From assembly GCA_964442455.1 (NCBI GenBank), contig CAYTZB010000001.1, forward strand, positions 21,910 through 85,909: DNA of 64,000 nucleotides, read 5' to 3'. Below the pieces are notes generated by a model that worked only from the letters and a program-made list of their open reading frames with translations, was not told the origin of the DNA and did no database searches. Of the stretch, positions 30,478 through 39,021 are shown in pieces. Position numbers and translations under genes: made by a program. Each line of letters opens with the position of its first letter. Positions within the stretch are counted from its first letter, which is position 1. The stretch is from an uncultured Gammaproteobacteria bacterium (GTDB lineage Bacteria; Patescibacteriota; Microgenomatia; UBA8517; JACQJR01).

Positions 30478-31337
30478 AATTTTACCTTCTTTATTTTTGA
30501 CCAGGTCAGACCGGCAAAATAGGCAGCAAGCTCTGACGGCCGAAGAACTAAGAATCCAATTGTCCCAATAGGGTCGAGAATAAAAAGCTTTAAATTACGA
30601 AAGTATACAATCCGAAAAACTAAAGGAAACTCCTTTTTGAAATTAAATCCGTGTTTTTTGAATAATAAATTGAGAGTTAACCCGTAATTAAACTTTTTCT
30701 TAATTTGTGCTAGATAACTTAGTTTTCCCAAATGATGCTTCGTGACAAAGGGTAATGGTATTGAGTCAATTTTTCCTATAGCTATTACTCGTTTTGACAT
30801 ATCCCAATCTTCCGATGAGCGTAAATTTTCGTCGTAACCACCCAGCTTAAAAAAAACTTCTCGTCTGAAAAATCGAGCAGCCTCAATTGCGTCATAACCA
30901 ATATAACACTTTCTTTCTAACATCTTGGCCTTACTCCAGAAGCCTTGACCAACATCCTGCTCGTGAATTTTCAACGCTAGTATTTCAGGATTTGCCTCGA
31001 AGATATTAATTCCGGTTGAAATTACTTTTGGGGTAAGTTCCATATCAGAGTCGATATGAAGTAAGTACTTACCTTTTGAATTTTTAGCACCCATGTTTCT
31101 TGATATGGGAGGCGCGCTGTAAAAACGGTCAGCCCGTGTGCTAAATAGTTTGTTAGTAAATTTTTCTGCTATGCTGGTCGTACCATCGTTACTTTCCTGG
31201 TCAACAACAATAATTTCTATATTGGGATAAGTTTGCCTTTTTATAGATTTTAGACAAGTTTCAATTGTCCGTTTAGAGTTTCGGGTGGGGATAATAACAG
31301 ATACTAGAGGAAATTTCCTCCTAATTTTCTTTTTCAT
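30474..31337 (-). CDS. GT2 glycosyltransferase
   Basis: VSVIIPTRNS, VVDQESNDGT, HIDSD, GGYDE...EDWD. Confidence 0.9.
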   Translation of the reverse strand: MKKKIRRKFPLVSVIIPTRNSKRTIETCLKSIKRQTYPNIEIIVVDQESNDGTTSIAEKFTNKLFSTRADRFYSAPPISRNMGAKNSKGKYLLHIDSDMELTPKVISTGINIFEANPEILALKIHEQDVGQGFWSKAKMLERKCYIGYDAIEAARFFRREVFFKLGGYDENLRSSEDWDMSKRVIAIGKIDSIPLPFVTKHHLGKLSYLAQIKKKFNYGLTLNLLFKKHGFNFKKEFPLVFRIVYFRNLKLFILDPIGTIGFLVLRPSELAAYFAGLTWSKIKKVKL

Positions 31338-31400
31338 AACAAAACTAGTGTTAATTATATACTAAACTTAGTCTAGGGTGTATTATTTATTATTGTAGAA

Positions 31401-33479
31401 ATGTTTTACACGAAAAAAGTATTCCCACATATATCTCTAATTTTTATTCCGATATTCTTGTCCATTGTTTTCTATCTACAAAGTTTATATTCCTTTTTCC
31501 AGCAGGATGAATGGTTGGCATTTAGTCGACATATTTTATTGGAAGGCGCAGATAAAAAAGTATTTTTAGAAGATGTTTTTTTAACCGCTGGGGTTCACTA
31601 TACTCCTTTAACAGTCTTAAGTATAAACTTGCTTTTTTCTTTTTTGGGGCTTAATTATGTGGGTTATGCCTTGGTAAGTATACTTCTACATGTCATTGTG
31701 GTAATACTGGTTTTTTATCTAGCAAGAATACTTCTTCAAAATAACTTTTTAGCACTTTTTGTTTCTGCTCTTTTTGGTATTTCAGCAGCTGGTTTTCAAG
31801 CGACTAGTTGGGTGGTAGCAGATATTGCCACTCATGGAGCAACTATTTTAGGATTATTAACATTAATTTTATTTTTCGAATTTTTGAGATCTCAAAAAAT
31901 CATTTGGTTTTGGATATCCTTAATTACACTCATTATAAGTTTTTTATTTAAAGAAATAACTGTGGGGTTATTTGTAATTTTACCTCTAACGTTTTTTTTC
32001 TTTGCCAAAAATCCATTAAGAAAAAAAAACAAATTCCCACTTTTAATTTTTGGAGTTGGGATTATTTATTTTGCCTTTAGAGCAATGTTTCTAACCTCAG
32101 ATTCTTATATTTCAACTTCGAAGGGAATGAGTGTTGATTTATTATACAAGTTTGCATTTTTACCTGTAAAGACAGTTTCACAAACGCTCATTCCTCCTAG
32201 CCAAACTATTAAAATATCTTACTCGTTGGCACCTCTTTTCAAACAAGTTGCAACCGGAGAGAAAGGGAGTACGAGTTTTGATCTATTTGTCCAAAATAGA
32301 ATTTTGCCAGTTTTAGATTCGATGATTTTCCTTTTAGTTGCTGCAGTTCTTTGGTTTTTGTGGCGCAGGGGAGGTTTTAAAAGTATAAAACTACCGCTAT
32401 TTACTTTTACCTTCGTAATAATAAACAGTATTGTATATGCTATCTCACCAGAGAAGAGTGGATTGATTTCAATTATTGACTCACGCAATCTTTATTTTCC
32501 CTCAATAGGTACATTTATTTTTGTTGTTTATGTTGCGTCCTTTGTAGTGGGGAATGACTTTAGGAAAATATTTTTACTTCTTTTACCGCTTCTGGCGCTC
32601 AACACTTTTTGGCTTAATAGGGAACTTTCTTATTTGGCAGAAATAGGCTCTTTAAGAAAAAATATACTTTTCTATATCAAAGGTGAGTATCCAAATTTGT
32701 CTGATAAAACAGTGTTCTATATTGAAAGTGATACTTCTTACTATGGCTTACCAGCCCAAGAGAGAATTCTTCCATTCCAATCTGGTTTTGGTCAAACTTT
32801 ACTTGTTTGGTATTACAATACGCAACATTACCCAAGAGAATTTTATGAGAATAAATTTTTATGGGGAATTACAGAGCAAGGTTATAAAGAGTTTACCAAT
32901 CGTGGATTTGGTTATTTTAGAAATTTTGAAGAACTTGGAAAAACTGTGGAAGATAAAAATTTACCTACAGATTCAGTAATAGCATTTTCTTTTAATTCAT
33001 TCGACTCTACAACTCGTGATATTACCCAAGAGGTTAATGGTAGATTAGAAGGTTTTCTGGCACGCAAAAAGCTTATTAATAACAGCGATTACAACTTGAC
33101 TGCATCTTCTAATCCTGAAGAGGCTTATTTAGCAACTGACGGAAATAGATCTACTTTATGGAACTCCAAACTTCCTTATTCTGAATCTCAGTATTTAGAG
33201 ATAGATATTAAAAGCCTAAAGAATATTGCAGAGATAGATATAGACTCTTATAATAACAAAGATCAGAATGAGGTTGGGTATAAAATATCTTTGTCTAGTG
33301 ATAAGATTAATTGGTTAGAGGTGTTTCATTCGGCTCGCTATACACCGACCGACAGTGGTATTGTCAGAATATTTTTTAAACCTCAAACTGCTCGGTTTAT
33401 CAGAATATATCAAATCGGTTATCACAAATATGCACCTTGGGTTATCCATGAATTGAAGGTATATGAAGCAATTAATTAA
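31401..33479 (+). CDS. GT-C-like membrane glycosyltransferase with discoidin (F5/8 type C) domain
   Basis: FFQQDEW, LFKE, RNLYFPS; C-terminal ATDGNRSTLW...YLEIDI...TARFIRI...WVIHELKV. Confidence 0.75.
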   Translation: MFYTKKVFPHISLIFIPIFLSIVFYLQSLYSFFQQDEWLAFSRHILLEGADKKVFLEDVFLTAGVHYTPLTVLSINLLFSFLGLNYVGYALVSILLHVIVVILVFYLARILLQNNFLALFVSALFGISAAGFQATSWVVADIATHGATILGLLTLILFFEFLRSQKIIWFWISLITLIISFLFKEITVGLFVILPLTFFFFAKNPLRKKNKFPLLIFGVGIIYFAFRAMFLTSDSYISTSKGMSVDLLYKFAFLPVKTVSQTLIPPSQTIKISYSLAPLFKQVATGEKGSTSFDLFVQNRILPVLDSMIFLLVAAVLWFLWRRGGFKSIKLPLFTFTFVIINSIVYAISPEKSGLISIIDSRNLYFPSIGTFIFVVYVASFVVGNDFRKIFLLLLPLLALNTFWLNRELSYLAEIGSLRKNILFYIKGEYPNLSDKTVFYIESDTSYYGLPAQERILPFQSGFGQTLLVWYYNTQHYPREFYENKFLWGITEQGYKEFTNRGFGYFRNFEELGKTVEDKNLPTDSVIAFSFNSFDSTTRDITQEVNGRLEGFLARKKLINNSDYNLTASSNPEEAYLATDGNRSTLWNSKLPYSESQYLEIDIKSLKNIAEIDIDSYNNKDQNEVGYKISLSSDKINWLEVFHSARYTPTDSGIVRIFFKPQTARFIRIYQIGYHKYAPWVIHELKVYEAIN

Positions 33480-36400
33480 AAGATTTTTTGTATTTTGGAG
33501 TATTATCCCCTTTATTTTTTTAGGTCTTACTCCAATTATATGGTTTTGGGGTAAAGGGAATGTACTAGTAAATGGAATAGATACAAATTTTCCACTCAAT
33601 CCTCCGATGTGGCTTATGAGGCGTTTTTATGTCTGGACTGATTTTCCCAATGCAGGCGCTGATTTTTCTTCCTCAACTGCAGGTATTTTTTTTCACCTGA
33701 TTCAAGTTATTCCTTACAAGATTGGTCTTACCTTACAGCATGTTCAAATTGTGAGCCTTATTTTTTGGTTTGCTTTAATTGTGTTTTCTTCTTATATCTT
33801 GGCAAAAACAATTTTCCCTAAGAGGTTTTTAATTCAATTACTATTTTCGGTTCTTTATACATTTAATGTTTATATTTTCAATACATGGGAGAATGTAAAG
33901 GTTGCTAATCTTTCTTTAATCGCAGCCATACCACTTGTCTTATCAATACTTATTTTGTTAAAGGAAGAAAAGATCAAAAGATTAAAAGTTTTATTTTTCT
34001 CTTCCTTAATAGGTATTATTTTATCTGGCTCTGGGATAAATCCGTCCTATTTCTTATCATTCTTGTTTATAGTAGCAATATTTATTTTTTCTCAGATTAT
34101 AACTGGATTTAAATTTTACAAGGTAAAAACTGTTGTAACTAATAGCTTAATTGTTATTGTTCCTATAATTTTAGTCAATCTTTTTTGGATGCTTCCGACG
34201 ATTAATTTTGTATTTAACAATGTAGCACCAGGGGGAAGTATAGACAAAATTGGTTTTACAAATTGGGTTGATTCTTTATCTGAAAATACAAGTTTGTTAA
34301 ATGTAATGAGACTTCAGGGTGCATGGGATTGGTATGCATTTGATGGAATAACGGGACTACCGATTTATATACCTTATGCCTTGAATTATTTTTATAGATT
34401 TCCCTTTATTGTTTTTAGTTTCTTACTGCCTACAATTGCAATTTTAGCCCTCATTGTCCGGAAAAAAGTTAATGACTCAACTTATCTTTATATAAGTTTC
34501 TCTTTAATGTTTATTATTGGAATATTTTTAGGGGTAGGTACTCATTTGCCAACCGGTTATATCTTCAGGTGGTTAAGTAATAATATTCCATTTTTTACCC
34601 TTTTTCGTAGTCCTTGGTACATTTTTACACCCCTTGTTACGCTTTCTCTCGCAGGACTAGTTTCTCTGTTTTTATATTATTTATATGAAAATTTTGGAAA
34701 AAGATTTAGACTGATGTATCCTTTAGTTACTCTTATAGTTTTAGTTTTAATAATTGGTAACCTTGTCTATTCTTATCCACTAGTCACCGGTAAGATCTTT
34801 CGGCCAGGAAGGCCGGATAGTTTTTTTATAAATTTTCCCGAATATATTTATGATGCAGGGGATTGGTTAAGCCAAGTAAACAATAGCAGAATAGTTGTTT
34901 ATCCCGACGATGAAATAGAACAATTCAAGTGGGGTTATCGAGGAATTGAATCAATTCTGGCTTTACTCTCAAATACAGAAGTTATTTTCAATCCTCTTAA
35001 TAGTCCCGATTCCAATGTTGTTCTTCTAATTAAAGAGTTTTATAAAAATTTGAAAAAGGGCAAGATTAGTGAGGCTTTTGTTTTAGCTCAAAAACTAAAT
35101 GTAGGTTTTATTTTTGATAAGAATGATCAAGAAAGCCTTTCGCCAAGTTTATCTGATAAGGTGAAGAGTAATGAAGTTTCAAGTTTTGGGGGTTGGCATT
35201 TTTATAAATTCCCTCAAGATTCTATCCCTAAAATCTATTCTCCTACAAGTATTTTTTTGGGACCTATTCAAAAAGATGGTGCTCGGGTTCTAGGTCTAAT
35301 CCCTAAAGAAGGAGCTTTACTTAATCCGGAAGATAGTGTTGTAAAAAGTATTGATGCACTTAAAAGTTATTATGGTTTTGTTTTACTTTCAAAGAACTTT
35401 CAAGAAGAAGAGTTTAAAAATTTCGCTTACAGTGAATCAAAACTTAATAATCGTTTGGTTTCGCGAAACCTTTCAAAAGTGGATTTTAGTATAAATATTC
35501 CAGAGGAAGGTAATTATAGTCCGGTTATTGAAAGGTATGAATTAGAAGATTTTGGGATTAGAGTTGAGGAAGGTTTGGAAGTGGAAGTCGATGGAAATAA
35601 ACTAATTTGGAATGTTGAGAGTTATTCAGATTCATTTGTATACTTTAAGAAGGTTAATCTACCAAAAGGTGAGCATAAAATTAGTATAAAACTAAAAAAT
35701 GAAAACTTAGTTTTTGGGGGAGACTTTAACTCAGGTATGAACTTTAAACAAGGTGGATATGGAGAGGGGAGAGGTGAATATTCAATAAATGAAGATGGTA
35801 ATGGGAAATTCTTGCAAATCTTTAATGTTAACAAGGCTAATGTTTCAGCAGATTTTTCAGTTTCATCCTTTAATCCTTTTACCTCTTATTATGTTGAACT
35901 TGAGTATAAACAGATTTATGGTAATAATGCTAATGTGGTAGTTCTACAAGGGACGAGCAATACTCTTGTAAAAGCTCAGACAGAAAGATTGCCGAATTAC
36001 CCTGAATGGAATGTCTTTAGTTTTTACTTTGAACCAATTCAAACTAATTCATTTATGACCGTTGCTCTTGAATCTCCTTTTACAAGCGATCCATTGGGAA
36101 CGAAAATTCTCTATGATGATTTACGAGTTTTTAAGGTTTTTTCAAACAAATTATTATTTATAAAGGAGGGAAGTAATAAATTTGAAAATGTTCCTAAAAT
36201 AAAATTTGTTAAAAAGTCACCAGTAAGTTATGAGGGAGAAGTTTATGAAGTTGGAGGCCCGCATGTTATTACCTTTTCAGAAAATTATTCCCCAGAATGG
36301 GAAATTATGTTATTTGACGATGATGGTAAAAGGATTACTGGCGGCGTCAAGCATTTCTCGGCTAATATTTATGCGAATGGCTGGTTTGTAGAAGGAGTTC

Positions 36401-36546
36401 CAAACAGCTATAAATTTAAGATTTTTTATAAACCCCAGAATTTGTTTTGGTTAGGACTGGGAATATCTATAACTACTCTAATACTGTTTGCTATTTTAGC
36501 TAATTTAAATTTAGCAAAAAGATTATTTAAAGAATGGAAACATTAA
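33463..36546 (+). CDS. Large GT-C glycosyltransferase (AftD/YfhO-like) with extracellular beta-sandwich domains and C-terminal TM
   Basis: GIDTNFPL, FRSPW, F-E-YSPEW...ANIYANGW, terminal TM helix. Confidence 0.65.
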   Translation: MKQLIKRFFVFWSIIPFIFLGLTPIIWFWGKGNVLVNGIDTNFPLNPPMWLMRRFYVWTDFPNAGADFSSSTAGIFFHLIQVIPYKIGLTLQHVQIVSLIFWFALIVFSSYILAKTIFPKRFLIQLLFSVLYTFNVYIFNTWENVKVANLSLIAAIPLVLSILILLKEEKIKRLKVLFFSSLIGIILSGSGINPSYFLSFLFIVAIFIFSQIITGFKFYKVKTVVTNSLIVIVPIILVNLFWMLPTINFVFNNVAPGGSIDKIGFTNWVDSLSENTSLLNVMRLQGAWDWYAFDGITGLPIYIPYALNYFYRFPFIVFSFLLPTIAILALIVRKKVNDSTYLYISFSLMFIIGIFLGVGTHLPTGYIFRWLSNNIPFFTLFRSPWYIFTPLVTLSLAGLVSLFLYYLYENFGKRFRLMYPLVTLIVLVLIIGNLVYSYPLVTGKIFRPGRPDSFFINFPEYIYDAGDWLSQVNNSRIVVYPDDEIEQFKWGYRGIESILALLSNTEVIFNPLNSPDSNVVLLIKEFYKNLKKGKISEAFVLAQKLNVGFIFDKNDQESLSPSLSDKVKSNEVSSFGGWHFYKFPQDSIPKIYSPTSIFLGPIQKDGARVLGLIPKEGALLNPEDSVVKSIDALKSYYGFVLLSKNFQEEEFKNFAYSESKLNNRLVSRNLSKVDFSINIPEEGNYSPVIERYELEDFGIRVEEGLEVEVDGNKLIWNVESYSDSFVYFKKVNLPKGEHKISIKLKNENLVFGGDFNSGMNFKQGGYGEGRGEYSINEDGNGKFLQIFNVNKANVSADFSVSSFNPFTSYYVELEYKQIYGNNANVVVLQGTSNTLVKAQTERLPNYPEWNVFSFYFEPIQTNSFMTVALESPFTSDPLGTKILYDDLRVFKVFSNKLLFIKEGSNKFENVPKIKFVKKSPVSYEGEVYEVGGPHVITFSENYSPEWEIMLFDDDGKRITGGVKHFSANIYANGWFVEGVPNSYKFKIFYKPQNLFWLGLGISITTLILFAILANLNLAKRLFKEWKH

Positions 36547-36923
36547 ATTTTAAAAAGATTCAAAGTAAAGTTTTAGAGGATTTGAGCCTTTGGGCCCAAA
36601 ATAAGATATTTGGGTTATTTGTTTTTAATCTTTTAGTAATGCTTCTGATAGTACTGCGCTCGGCTGGCTATTTCGCCCCGTTTTTTCCAATTACAATCAA
36701 CTTCATAGTACTTTTATCTCTTATTCTATCGATTATTTTGCTTAGTGTAGGAAATAGAATTATGTTTTTGATTGCATTTATATTTTGGCTTTTGGCAGCA
36801 TTTTTTAAATTTTTTCAAATTGATGTTTGGGCAGAGAGAACAACAGTTTATACGTTTCAAGCTTTAGTAATAGGGGTACTTCTTTTAATAATAGAAACTA
36901 TATCAAGTAAACGCACAAGATAG
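36534..36923 (+). CDS. Small membrane protein (about 4 TM)
   Basis: Hydrophobic 129-aa ORF overlapping the upstream stop. Confidence 0.65.
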   Translation: METLNFKKIQSKVLEDLSLWAQNKIFGLFVFNLLVMLLIVLRSAGYFAPFFPITINFIVLLSLILSIILLSVGNRIMFLIAFIFWLLAAFFKFFQIDVWAERTTVYTFQALVIGVLLLIIETISSKRTR

Positions 36924-38809
36924 ATAAGCAAAAATAGCAATGTTGCTAATGTTATATATTTGCCAATAAGAAAACTTTTAGGCTCATATCTAAACTCTAC
37001 AAAGTTAGTGTCTGGTTTAATATTTACAAGCCGCAGAGTATTTGGTTTTTCTTGGACGTTCACTTTTTCTTTTCCGTTTAAGTAGGCATTCCACCAAGGA
37101 CTCCAGGTTTCGGATAGCACTAAACGAGATGATTCGTGTTTTGAGGTATCAACTTTTATATGGTTTGGGGAATATTTCAGTATTTTTACCTCGTTCCCCG
37201 GTTTTTGGTCGTCGAGTTGAAAGTATGCCCGCGGCAGATATAAAGTATTCCAATATAGCAAATATTCGCCAAATTTCTTTTCCAATGAAAACCTCTTATC
37301 CGTTAATTCGTAAGGAGAAATTACATATTTGGTATTAAATTCTCCCAGAGCAATTGGATCAGGCTGTGGTTTTTCGAAGGTGTAAGTTCCGATTGGTGGA
37401 ATTGATAAGGTGTAATAGTTCCAATATGCACCTGTTAACTGCCACGCCTGTTTGTAATAGTTTATTTGCTGGATTGTGTTATAGCCTTCGATTAATTCCA
37501 ATCCATATATGCTTGCATCTTTTTGTGATAAACAACGATTTGTGCAATAAACGCGGAATTTATCTTTGTCTTTCGCCAAAAATTCGTAAACCTCACGAGG
37601 TGCAAATTTAGAAATTTGAGGCGTAGGGATTGTGATTCTTGCCCAAGAAAGAGCCAGTGTTTCTGCTAAAGCTAAAACTGCGATAAAAAGCGTCATCTTC
37701 TTGAAACGTTTGTTTTTCGAAAGTATTTCAAGTCCCAGGGTGGCAAGAATTACTACTAAAAGTATTGTGATAAACCACACTCTTGTTGTAACTCGCAGCA
37801 TGACAAACCAGTCTTGGGTTAAAAGCAGGGAATAAATAGGAGAAAGATTATTAAGCGCCAGGAGGAAGATCATTAAACCAACCACGAGAAGCATAATTTT
37901 TAGTCGGCGCTTTAAGCTCAAAAATCCCAAAGTACCTAAGGCTATTGTCAATGTCCCCAGAGGTAGCCATTTCTCGCTGTCCAAATTCTCTATTATTCCC
38001 CATGGCCAAAATACTGCCATAAGGAACTCTTTTATTCCATTCCATTGAGGAAATACCTCACGAGTTGAAGTGAGTAATTGTCTTGTTGTATATGGTAACC
38101 ATTCAAGTTGTGGCAAAAAAGCTATTGCTGTTAGTCCAAAGGTTATAACACCGGAAAGTACTAAGTAGGGAAAACTTTTTATGCGGGATATAACTATGGT
38201 TATAACACTCGCCACTGCCACAATAAGAAAAGTTAATATATGCGTGTAGAAGGTAGCGGCAAGGAAAAGTGCAAGTGCAATGGACCAAATGACAGATGGT
38301 GATTTCACAAGCTTTATGGTGGTTAAGAATATGAAGGGAAGCCAAGCGAATGAAGTTACAAGTCCAAAATGTCCGGCTTCCAAGTATCCAAATAGCTTCG
38401 GAGTACAAATGTAAACCGCCGCTGCAAATAACGAACTAAATTGTTTCATCCCCAGGGTACGTGCTAAAAAGAACATTCCAAAGCCGCCTAAGAATGTATG
38501 CAGAATGAAGGAAGTTATGAATGCGGTTCCGATTGGCAGGAGAAGAAAAATAATGTTGGGTGGATAAAAAAGCGGCGCCTGCGGGTCAGATAAAAGCGGC
38601 ATCCCGGAAAAGAATAAATTATTCCAGAGCGGCAATTGTCCATTTTGAATTATCTGCTGCTTAACAAAAAAGAAGATCGGCCAGAAAAATTCTTGCAAAT
38701 CGTTCCCGCGGGCTAGAACTAACGATGGGTTTAGGAGTATAGGCAGATAAAGAACTATAACTGCGACAGCAATGATTAAAAAGGGAAAAGTTTTTTTCAA
38801 CTTAAGCAT
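36857..38809 (-). CDS. YfhO-family GT-C membrane protein
   Basis: GND...FFWP, LPLWN..FSGMPLLSDPQ...FYP, GH, LVLSE..SP.W.A.LNG, VEFRYEP. Confidence 0.8.
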   Translation of the reverse strand: MLKLKKTFPFLIIAVAVIVLYLPILLNPSLVLARGNDLQEFFWPIFFFVKQQIIQNGQLPLWNNLFFSGMPLLSDPQAPLFYPPNIIFLLLPIGTAFITSFILHTFLGGFGMFFLARTLGMKQFSSLFAAAVYICTPKLFGYLEAGHFGLVTSFAWLPFIFLTTIKLVKSPSVIWSIALALFLAATFYTHILTFLIVAVASVITIVISRIKSFPYLVLSGVITFGLTAIAFLPQLEWLPYTTRQLLTSTREVFPQWNGIKEFLMAVFWPWGIIENLDSEKWLPLGTLTIALGTLGFLSLKRRLKIMLLVVGLMIFLLALNNLSPIYSLLLTQDWFVMLRVTTRVWFITILLVVILATLGLEILSKNKRFKKMTLFIAVLALAETLALSWARITIPTPQISKFAPREVYEFLAKDKDKFRVYCTNRCLSQKDASIYGLELIEGYNTIQQINYYKQAWQLTGAYWNYYTLSIPPIGTYTFEKPQPDPIALGEFNTKYVISPYELTDKRFSLEKKFGEYLLYWNTLYLPRAYFQLDDQKPGNEVKILKYSPNHIKVDTSKHESSRLVLSETWSPWWNAYLNGKEKVNVQEKPNTLRLVNIKPDTNFVEFRYEPKSFLIGKYITLATLLFLLIYLVRLLDIVSIIKRSTPITKA

Positions 38810-38853
38810 GTCAGTGTGTAATTGAACCTGATTTTATTGTACAATTTAGTAGG

Positions 38854-39021
38854 ATGCTTGAAAAGGTGTTATTTTCCGCATTTTTTGGAGGATTTTTGCT
38901 TCTGGGTTTCCTTCTTTTAATAAATCACCCGGGTTTTGCGATTAAAGTGGCGAATTATGTCTATCTTTTATTGGTTGTTATAGCTCTTATCAGAGCAGTT
39001 AAATATGCCAAACAGAAATAA
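38854..39021 (+). CDS. Small 55-aa two-TM membrane protein (not in the ORF track)
   Basis: MLEKVLFSAFFGGFLLLGFLLLINHPGFAIKVANYVYLLLVVIALIRAVKYAKQK; fills the gap and overlaps the next start by 17 nt. Confidence 0.6.
   Translation: MLEKVLFSAFFGGFLLLGFLLLINHPGFAIKVANYVYLLLVVIALIRAVKYAKQK

Noticed and set aside
4900-32030. Poly-T and poly-A runs of 7-9 nt as phase-variable tracts
   Set aside because: Expected in AT-rich, Phe/Lys-rich genes; none is exceptionally long and no gene is frameshifted
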